64,000 nt of DNA from Octopus sinensis (lineage: Eukaryota), in assembly GCF_006345805.1 (NCBI RefSeq), contig NC_043014.1, forward strand, positions 37,696,001 through 37,760,000, given 5' to 3'. Below the pieces are notes generated by a model that was given only the letters and a program-made list of their open reading frames with translations, was not told the origin of the DNA and did no database searches. The first letter of the stretch is position 1. Every line of letters starts with the position of its first letter. The translations under genes were made by a program, and so were the position numbers. Positions 54,846 to 64,000 of the stretch are shown here, in pieces.

Positions 54846-55367
54846 CCGGAACCTTGTGAGTGGGAAGCAAACTTTTTACCACACAACCGAATTTTTATTT
54901 AACCAAGTTGGTCTACGCAACCAGGTTACAGAGACAGACAAGGGGTTGGAGAACGAATGATTAACAACAGGAAGTTAGACATATAGTTAAAAATAAATGA
55001 AAAATATGAAAATCGAGTGGAATAAAACAGAATAGAGTGACGGGCGTGGCCAGCACCACAAACCACGTACCAACACTGAAACTTGTTTTTTTTCCCTTTT
55101 GTTCTCACTCAAGTAGGTCTTCTTTATTTTCTTTTATATTATATTATATTATATTATGAAATTGGCCATAAATGCCTTACATAGAGGGGACAGCACAAGG
55201 TGGGGACAAAACAAAAAACCAAAACGAATGAAATTAAATGAAATTATAAAATGAAAGATGAAATGAAGTCGCTCAGCCCCCACCTCCGGGCGACTTCATT
55301 GAACCCTTTGCAACACCATTTGAATTTCCATTTGCGGCTAACTTTAGAATACACTTATTTACATTTT

Positions 55368-55654
55368 GTGGAGGCGCAATGGCCCAGTGGTTAGGGCAGC
55401 AGACTCGCGGTCGGAGAATCGCGGTTTCGATCCCCAGACCGGGCGTTTTGTGTGTTTATTGAGCGAAAACACCTAAAAGCTCCACGAGGCCCCGACAGGG
55501 GGTGATGGTGATCCCTGTTGTACTCTTTCGCCACAACATTCACTCTCTCTCTCTTCCTGTTTCTTGAGTAACGCTGGGGGTAACACATACGCCACAGAAA
55601 CCGGGAAACCGGGCCCATGAGCCTGGCTAGGCTTGAAAAGGGTGACGTTTATCG
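55368..55654 (+). mobile_element. SINE family C copy nested in the composite insertion
   Basis: 13-bp TSD ttatttacatttt (55355-55367, 55655-55667). Confidence 0.9.
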
Positions 55655-55658
55655 TTAT

Positions 55659-55943
55659 TTACATTTTACAATAATTCGTGCACATCTTTTTCAAAATATC
55701 TGCATTATATTTCTTTAAAATGTCCACATACCTTATTCTTTCCGGCATTGTGCTGGTGTCTATTTTTTTGTACCACCACTCCCAGTCATAGTTTTCCACG
55801 TACTCGTGTACCTTCCACAGGTTCTCCTTGTCCATTAGCACGCAATGATCGTCCTCAGGCAAACCCAATACATTCACTATATCAACCTTGACCATTCCGT
55901 CCCACGAATTTACTTTGTTAATCCAATTCCTCAATCTGTCCAT
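55659..55943 (-). CDS. Orphan 94-aa ORF within the retroposed insertion; possibly a retroelement ORF1 fragment
   Basis: ATG-initiated, non-repetitive, protein-like composition (MDRLRNWINKVNSWDG...YDWEWWYKK...); no domain recognised. Confidence 0.35.
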   Translation of the reverse strand: MDRLRNWINKVNSWDGMVKVDIVNVLGLPEDDHCVLMDKENLWKVHEYVENYDWEWWYKKIDTSTMPERIRYVDILKKYNADILKKMCTNYCKM

Positions 55944-56879
55944 TGTTCATTAATATAAGTTTTTCATTGCAGGGTGAGGGTGGGTGGCTTTGAGGCTCCT
56001 GTGTGTTTGCAATTTTTTTTGTCAGACTGGGCATGAGGAGGGTTGGTATCTGTAGGGAGTGGTTTGAGTAGAGTGCGTGTGGGTGAGGGCCTGGTGGGTG
56101 TGGGCTGGTTGTCATTTTATACCTATTTCTTTATTACCCACAAGGGGCTAAACATAGAGGGGACAAACATAGGTATTAAGTCGATTACATCGACCCCAGC
56201 GCGTAACTGGAACTTAATTTATCGACCCCGAAAGGATGAAAGGCAAAGTCGACCTCGGCGGAATTTGAACTCATAACGTTACGGCAGCCGAAATACCGCT
56301 AAGCATTTCGCCCGACGTGCTAACGATTCTGCCAGCTCGCCGCCTTACCGTGTGTCAAGTAGGTCTTCTTACCACACAACGATGATTGCGCCGGTAGTAG
56401 AAAAGGTGGGGGTGGAATTTTAGAAGCTGAGGTGGTCATTAAGAGAAATGGTCAGTAATTCAAGAGTATGTTGGTGGCAACTATAGTAAATAGTGATGTT
56501 CTTTTATTCTTTTATATGTCTCAGCCCTAACCTGTGACCATACTGGGGCACCGCATATATAATCGTATTTTATTTATTTCTTTAATATTTTTATATTCTT
56601 ATCAAGATTACCAACGCTCTATTTTCCTCACTTATCTTTTAACTTTTACTTGTTTCAGTCAGAGACTGCGGCCATACTGGGGCATCACTTTGAGGAATTT
56701 TCAGTCGAATGAATCAACCCCAGAACTTCTTTTCTTTCTTTTATTTTTTAAACCTGGTACTTACTCTATCGGGGTGTTTTGCCAAACCGCTAAGTTACGG
56801 AGACGTAAAAACACCAGCACCCGGTTGTCAAGTGGCGGTAGTGGTGAACAAACACAGGCACAAAGACACACGCATTTAC

Positions 56880-56913
<34 letters not shown>

Positions 56914-57211
56914 GATGAGCTTCTTTCAGTTTCCGCCTACAAAATGCACGCACAAGGCTTTGGTCGACCCGAAGCTATATTAGAAGACACTCGCCCAAGA
57001 TGCCACGTAGTGGGACTGAACCCGCAACCATGTGGTTGGGAAGAAATCTTCTTACCACACAGCCACGTCTGCATGTCTGCACCTATAGTTTATTTCTTAT
57101 TTTATTTTATTTTATTTCATTTCATTTCATTCTGATTTTGTCACAAATACTTTATATTTTAGTGGTATGGATTGTTGAAATGAAATCGATAAGAACTGCA
57201 ACGAGCTATAT

Positions 57212-58110
57212 ATCATCATCATCATCATCATCATCATCATTTAACGTCCGCTTTCCATGCTAGCATGGGTTGGACGGTTCAACTGGGGTCTGGGGAGCCC
57301 GAAAGCTGCACCAGTCCAGTCAGATCTGGCAGTGTTTTACAGCTGGATGCCCTTCCTAAGCCAACCACTCCGAGAGTGTAGTGGGTGATTTTATGTGCCA
57401 CCGACACAGGTGCCAACGAGGCTGGCAGACGGCCACGCTCGGATGGTGTTTTTTATGTGCCACCGACACAGGGTGCCGGAGGACGGCTGGCAGACGGCAC
57501 GCTCGGATGGTGTTTTTTATGTGCCACCGACACAGGTGCCAGACGAGGCTGGCAGACGGCCACGCTCTGGATGGTGTTTTTTATGTGCCACCGACACAGG
57601 TGCCAGATGAGGCTGGCAAACGGCCACGATCGGATGGTGCTTGTTACGTGCCCACAGCACGGAGGCCAGTCGATGCGGTACTGGCTACGGCCACGTTCGG
57701 ATGGTTTTCTTATGTGCCACGTGCCACCGGCACTGGTACCACAAAAATACAAATTCCATTGATGTTCATCTATTTTGATTTGTTTTGATTTGATTTTCAC
57801 TTGCCTCAACAGGTCTTCACAAGTGTCACAAGAAGGAAGGATGCACAGGTGGACTGACTACGTCCAGTAGGGCCATGGGTTATGGCCTGACTAGTCTTGC
57901 CGGGTCTTCGGATGGTGTTTTTTATGTGCCACCGACACAGGTGCTAGATGAGGCTGGTGAACGACCACGATCGGATGGTGTTTGTCATGTGCCCACCGCA
58001 CTGACTACGGCACTGATGGATTTCTTGTGTGCCACAGGCACTGGTACCACAAGATACAAATTCCATTGATGTTCATCTATTTTGTCTATTTTGATTTGAT
58101 TTTCACTTGC
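57212..58110 (-). mobile_element. RTE-type 3' UTR element with (GAT)n tail and internal ~60-nt GC-rich tandem repeats
   Basis: Tail end matches 6770-6890 (tttaacgtccgctttccatgctagcatgggtt..acggtt); repeated unit ggatggtgttttttatgtgccaccgacacaggtgcc...ggccacgctc; second block at 57908-58110. Confidence 0.8.
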
Positions 58111-58114
58111 CTAT

Positions 58115-58173
<59 letters not shown>

Positions 58174-58184
58174 TATATATATAT

Positions 58185-58355
58185 AAAGGCAAGTTTACGA
58201 AAATAAACAAAAGACGAAGGTGTACAAACAAATGTATTAGTATAGCGCTCAGGAATAGAAAAAGACTTTTACGTTTCGAGCCTACGCTCTTCCACAGAAA
58301 GATACACAGAAAAAAACAAGGAGAGAAAAAAATTGCGTGTAGTAGCTAACGATCT
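58185..58355 (-). mobile_element. Diverged solo Penelope terminal repeat; hammerhead-like motif at 58266-58301
   Basis: Similar to 9890-10085; minus strand CUUU-CUGUGGA-A-GAGC(GUAG)GCUC-GAAAC-GUA-AAAG; in (TA)n. Confidence 0.8.
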
Positions 58356-58580
58356 ATCTATATATATATAATTTTGATTTGAGAAGCGTCGAATGTATAT
58401 CGTACTGTACAGACGAGAAGGTGAAAACCGCAGGAAGATTAAGTATTATTTTCCGTCTTAAAAGGGTAATAATACCCAATTTGTTTTGCTGTTTTCACGG
58501 CTATAATGCGTGCGAAATATTACCTTCTTTTCTATACACACACACACATATATATATATATATATCCCTTTCTTTTGCAG

Positions 58581-58751
58581 TGGATGGCAATTGGGGGCCC
58601 TGGTATCAGTGGCATCCGTGTACTAAGTCATGCGGTGGAGGCCGCCGCTCTCGAACTCGGGCTTGTATCTATCCACCGCCGGCAAACGATGGTAAAGATT
58701 GCGTCGGTAGCAGCGTAGAGGAAGCCGCATGCAATACGAAACCGTGTCCAG
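58581..58751 (+). CDS. Exon D; thrombospondin type-1 repeat 2 (VDGNWGPWYQWHPCTKSCGGGRRSRTRACIYPPPANDGKDCVGSSVEEAACNTKPCP)
   Basis: ttttgcag acceptor, gtaagt donor at 58752; 171 nt, phase 1->1; canonical WxxWxxW, CxxSCG and RxRxRxC motifs. Confidence 0.96.
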
Positions 58752-61188
58752 GTAAGTTGAAACTAATGATTTATTTGACTCTTTTGAGAAGGCGCGTGGC
58801 TTACTAGATAGGATATTCGGCTCACGATCATAAGGTCGGGAGTTCAATTCCCAGCGACGCGTTGTGTCCTTGAACAAGACACTTTATTCTATGTTCCTCC
58901 AGTCCACTCAGCCGACAAAAATAAGTAGTATCTGTATTTCAGAAGTTCAGCTTTGTTACATTCTGTGTCACGCTGAGTTTCCCCGAGAACTACGTTAAGG
59001 GTACGCGTGTCTGCGGAGTACTCAGCCATTTGCACGCGCTAGCTGTTCTGTTGATCGGATCAACTGGAATTCTCGTCGTCGTAACCGACGGAGTGCTAAT
59101 TATGTTGACTCTTTGGCCCAGTGTTTCCCTACATATTTCCTATTAGGCCTCACTATAACTTACCTACAAAAAAATGTACGCCCTACCAGTGATTGGAAAA
59201 AAAACCCAAACTTCATTTTTAATATTTCATAATTATATACTTTCCTTAAAGAAATATCCATAGTATAGGCGAAGGAATGGCTATGAGATAAGTAGCGTGC
59301 TTACCAGCCACATGGTTCCGGGTTCTGTCCCACTGCGTGGCACCTTGGGCAAGTGTCTTCTACTATAGCCTCGGGCCGACCAAAGCCTTGTGAATGGATT
59401 TGGCGGACGGAAACTGAACGAAGCCCGTTGTATATATGTACAAGGCCCCATACCAGGCTCCACTATAACTTACCTTCAAAAAATGTACGCTCTACCAGTG
59501 ATTGGAAAAAAAACCCCAAACTTCATTTATGTGTGCGTATATGTTTGTGTGTCTGTGTTTGTCCACCCAACATCGCTTGACAACCGATGCTGGTGTGTTT
59601 ACGTCCCCGTAACTTAGTGGTTCGGAAAAAAAGAGACAGATAGAATAAGTACTAGGCTTACAAAGAATAAGTCCTAGGGTCGATTTGCTCGACTAAAGGC
59701 GGTGCTCCAGCATAGCCGCAGTCAAATGACTGAAACAAGTAAAAGAGTAAAGAGTACTTGGGCATTAGAATAGGGCTATACTGTAGCAAACTGTCTTCAC
59801 ACAGTATACTTAGCTGGAGTGATTAGTTCAGCTAGATTGAGTATAAGTGTAGTATATTTGCTGTAACAAAAAGATTTTCACTATTCCATGTCCCACTAAA
59901 AAAAATTTTGGATTCCACTCCCCACCACAATTTTCCCAGGCCCCTCTGGTGGGGCGTATGCTCTTCGTTGGAAATTCCTGCTTTAGAGAAACAGAACGAC
60001 TCAGTGTGTACAGCTCTTCATTTCTGTTCTCGATTATAGATGCTTTCCTCCGTTTACAGACCGTGAAGTAAGAGACAAGCAGCTAACAAATGAAGACTGC
60101 AGTGAGGTTTCGACTCCCAGTACAAAACTAATTTGTTTGCCAGATATCATAACCGTTTTTTTCTTTTTAAATTTCGGTTTTGGATTTGGTTTGCAAGATT
60201 CTTTATATGAGTTCGTGTGTTGAAGCATATTCTGTTGTGTCTGGGGAGAGTCATTCTCTTTTAGTGCCTTATTATTTAACACACTTACCGCTAAAATTTC
60301 CACTTATTTCTTATTTTTATTTTCTAAAATTTTCGTTGCGTCTTGCAACCTTTTCAATAGTCAATTGCTCCTTGGAATGCCTTTAATGAGCAAACATATG
60401 ATCAGAGTTGTACCAATCATGACCACCTCGTCCTTCTTTCGAACATGGAGTAATCTTGGACTATATTATCCGAAATAAATCCCACCTTTTCATAACGATA
60501 AGGTGTAATTTGGTAGAAATTGGCTGCTGTCTTTAGTACGTAGTTGTAATGGAAAAAACAAAACAAAACAAAACAAGTAAATGTACAATATGATACATTG
60601 TTTGGCGTCGAAAAATAGAATTGTTTAGAGAATAAGCAACTCAGAGATGCCATCCAGAAGAAAACAAGTTAAGCTAGTGTTAAAATTTTAGCGTTAACAT
60701 ATTTTGATTTAGCGTTTACACATTTAATGCAAGATGCTTTAAAAAGCCAACAAGAATTATTTATGTGGCGAAGAAGGAACAAACGTATGCACACATAACA
60801 TGGCACTCTGATCTGTGCTTTCATCAACCACAATTCTAAAATATGCTTACTTACATCTAGCTTGGCATTCTATTCTTCTTTTAACCTCGAATCTGATATA
60901 TGTTCACTGAAATATAAATTGACGTTCTTATTTTGTCTGAGTGATGATTCATTACTTAGCCATTAATATCCATACTGAATCTGAAAGTATGCTACTCTAA
61001 TTTGAAGGAACATTTGTTATTGCTCAAACAAGCATTCGTGTGCAGACTCGTTTTGTATATTTATTGCATACACATAAGCACACATGCATGTATATACTTA
61101 GTTTTAAAGTGTTTTAGAAATCCTTTATAACAATATAAGTTAGAAATAAAAGAGCGAAAGTAAAACAAAAATAAATGGTTGTACTGTT

Positions 61189-61613
61189 GGATCTTTTCGG
61201 TCTGAACGGCAGTTTTTTCTAGCGGTGTCATATGAAATTGTCACCCATAATTATGACCCTAATATCGATCTATTGCATTTCAATCTGTTTTAGGGTTAGT
61301 TAGGGTTAGGGGTGGGGGGGAAGGGTATCTTTTTTCTTCACAAATGTAAATAGACCATATCTGCTTCTTAAACGAGGGATATATTCATACGGCACAGAAT
61401 TTTTTTTTTTTTACCTCAATGGACGTATTTGATTGGTTGAAATTGCAGAAATTGAAGAAAGAAATAACAAATATCTTACAAACTATAGAATTTTCTCAAT
61501 AAAGCCAAGAGAAAAAGATGTTTTATAAACACATTCTACCAGTGTACGAAGTTTAAAATTTTTTAGTTACCTAGAAATTATGTTAAAAACTGCCGTTCAA
61601 ACAGAAAAGATCC
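61189..61613. mobile_element. GGATC-ended MITE related to 54466-54845, with a short TTAGGG run
   Basis: ggatcttttcggtctgaacggcagtttt / aaaactgccgttcaaacagaaaagatcc; ttagggttagttagggttagggg at ~61290-61312. Confidence 0.85.
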
Positions 61614-62854
61614 GTAGTTTCCTTTTGTTATGATATTTCGGCTTTAAAAATAACCTTTGTCAAGAAAAAATAAAACAAGCTTTACTCTAATCTGCGGTGT
61701 ACAATATGCGCAATTAGTATTTTTAAATAACATACAAATAAATGTCTCTTTTGTTAGAAAATATACTTTTTACTCTAGGCATTAAAATCCTGTTGTACTA
61801 CAGGACCGTCTTATGAAAGATTTTTTTGGTGGAGGATAGGCAAGAAATCATCGACTATTGTCATTGATTGGGTTTCTAAACACTATAGATGTGGCAGAAG
61901 CTTTTATTTATATCCCTTAATTTTTCATTAGACTTATGGGACGGTCTGTAAGTATCTGGTTCTAAACTGAATGAGACGTCTAAAGTTAGAGTGATACACA
62001 CACACGTGCACACACACATGATGACAAGATGATTGGAGTAAGGAATTCATTTTGCTACTTCAGTTTACAATTGTTTCATCTTGGTTTAATGCAATCAATC
62101 TTGCAACATTATGTAATAATGCACGCAGTTATTTACTCTTTTACTCTGTTACTTGTTTCAGTCATTTGACTGTGGCCATGCTGGAGCACCGCCTTTAGTC
62201 GAGCACATCGACCCCAGGACTTATTCTTTGTAAGTCTACTACTTATTCTATCGGTCTCTTTTGTTGAACCGCTAAGTTACGGTGCCGTAAACACACCAGC
62301 ATCGGTTGTCAAGCGATGTTGGGAGGACAAACACAGACACACAAACATATACACACACACATATATATACATATATATATATACATATATACAACGGGCT
62401 TCGTTCAGTTTCCGTCTACCAAATCCACTCACATGTCTTTGGTTGGCCCGTGGCTATAGTAGAAGACATTTGCCCAAGGTACCACGCAGTGGGACTGAAC
62501 CCGGAAACATGTACTTACCACACAGCCACTCTACTTTCCACATTTTATTCATATATGTGTGTGTGTAGAAAGGGATCTGTGTCATAAATGGTAGCCAAAT
62601 TTCTCTGAATTGCACGCAACCATCTTAAAAAGGAACGGCACATTCAGTAATAGAGACCAGGTTACTGTATGTATCAAAATAAATAAACAAGCAAAAACCA
62701 GCTGCTTCTGTCTGGATTGCTTTTCATCATATATCTGACCTAAGGATAAAATTCATTAATTGTAGTGATGAGAAGAAAATGACATTATAATGGCATCTTT
62801 CTAATCCTTTTGTGTTTTGTTTGTGTTTTATGTTTTCTTCTTGTCATATTTCAG

Positions 62855-63025
62855 TTAATGGAAGGTGGAGTAACTGGACCCCATGGTCGACGTGTAGTGC
62901 AAGCTGTGGTGCAGGTAGTATGAAAAGGGTTCGGAAGTGCGACAATCCAGAACCTAAATACAGAGGTAGACCCTGTGGAGGTTCCAGTTATCAAGTCAAA
63001 AAATGTGTCAAGATCAAATGTCAAC
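62855..63025 (+). CDS. Exon E; thrombospondin type-1 repeat 3 (VNGRWSNWTPWSTCSASCGAGSMKRVRKCDNPEPKYRGRPCGGSSYQVKKCVKIKCQ)
   Basis: tttcag acceptor, gtaagc donor at 63026; 171 nt, phase 1->1; canonical TSR motifs. No stop codon, so the gene continues beyond the window. Confidence 0.96.
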
Positions 63026-63095
63026 GTAAGCTATTGAGATTTTCCTAATTAAAGGAAGAAGTAATGAGAGAGAGAGAGAAAGAAAGAGAGAGAGA

Positions 63096-63136
<41 letters not shown>

Positions 63137-63853
63137 TGAGGGAAAAACAGTAGTAATGATCAATCATTTTACGTATTTGATAAATTTTCCAGTTATATCT
63201 TCAGAATGACGGAGATATAACGCCCTAAACCTAAAATAATTTTTGATCTATTGAAATTATTACCTCTTTGAAAAGGACACGAGAGAGAACTCTGAAATTT
63301 AAACTGAATAAAAATTAAATGAGAGAATGCAGAGTATTTATGACCAATCTCGATTCCTACTGCATATCTATCTCTATTTAGCTTTAGTAAATTTAAAATT
63401 CGGAGTTCTCTCCCTTACAACCTTTCGAAGGAATATTTATTAATGTGACTTTTGTCTCAATAAGTTATTACTTCAAGAGATAACGTTTTATCTTCAGCTT
63501 ACTTCATTATGTATGTTAGAGTTTACACTCAACTTTATTTAAGCTTCTCGAATTTCCTAGTGTATGAAAGACCTTTATAGTATCTTAATCAGAGAAGGGA
63601 AGAGAGCGTTTATGAATATCTTTTATCTTTTACTTGTTTCAGTCATTAGACTACGGTCATGCAGGGGTACCACTTCCAAGAATTTTTAGTCGAACGAATC
63701 GACCCCAGTACTTATTTTTTAAAAACCTGCTACTTATTCTATCGGCCAGTTGGCTAAATCTCTAAGTTACTGGAACATAAACACACCAACACCGGTTATC
63801 AAGAAGCAGTGGTGGGGGCAAACGCAGACACAAAGACACACACAGATATATAT

Positions 63854-63910
<57 letters not shown>

Positions 63911-64000
63911 CTTTACTACCCACAAGGGGCTAAACACAGAGGGGACAAACAAGGACAGACAAACAGATTAAATCGATTACATCGACCCCAGTGCGTAACT

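Larger units (their letters stand above)
55125..56354 (-). mobile_element. Composite retroposed insertion with A-rich tail
   Basis: 16-bp TSD tcaagtaggtcttctt (55109-55124, 56355-56370); minus-strand 3' end (AATAT)n-AAAAGAAAATA; contains SINE B, unique sequence and a nested SINE C. Confidence 0.8.

Overview
Eukaryotic, AT-rich genomic DNA dominated by microsatellites and transposons. The repeat landscape (several tRNA-headed SINE families, RTE, Dong/R4 and CR1 LINE relics, Penelope-like elements, MITEs, a Helitron) suggests a cephalopod, most likely an octopus; this is inference, not a database result. Almost all ORFs in the supplied track are microsatellite or SINE artefacts. One host gene is visible on the + strand: five phase-compatible GT-AG exons (39076-39203, 42175-42250, 47112-47270, 58581-58751, 62855-63025). 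Spliced, they encode a cationic six-cysteine TB-like domain followed by at least three thrombospondin type-1 repeats, which is the architecture of properdin. The first two exons are absent from the ORF track, the signal-peptide exon was not found, and the gene continues past the window. Other notable items: a large Neptune-type Penelope element and solo terminal repeats carrying variant-core hammerhead ribozyme motifs; a SINE forming head-truncated ~183-nt multimers joined at GGTAT; a 21-nt minisatellite expanded out of LINE coding sequence; a TSD-flanked insertion carrying an orphan 94-aa ORF; and GG-ended, 8-bp-TSD MITEs carrying TTAGGG repeats. Repeat boundaries are read by eye and approximate unless a TSD is quoted.
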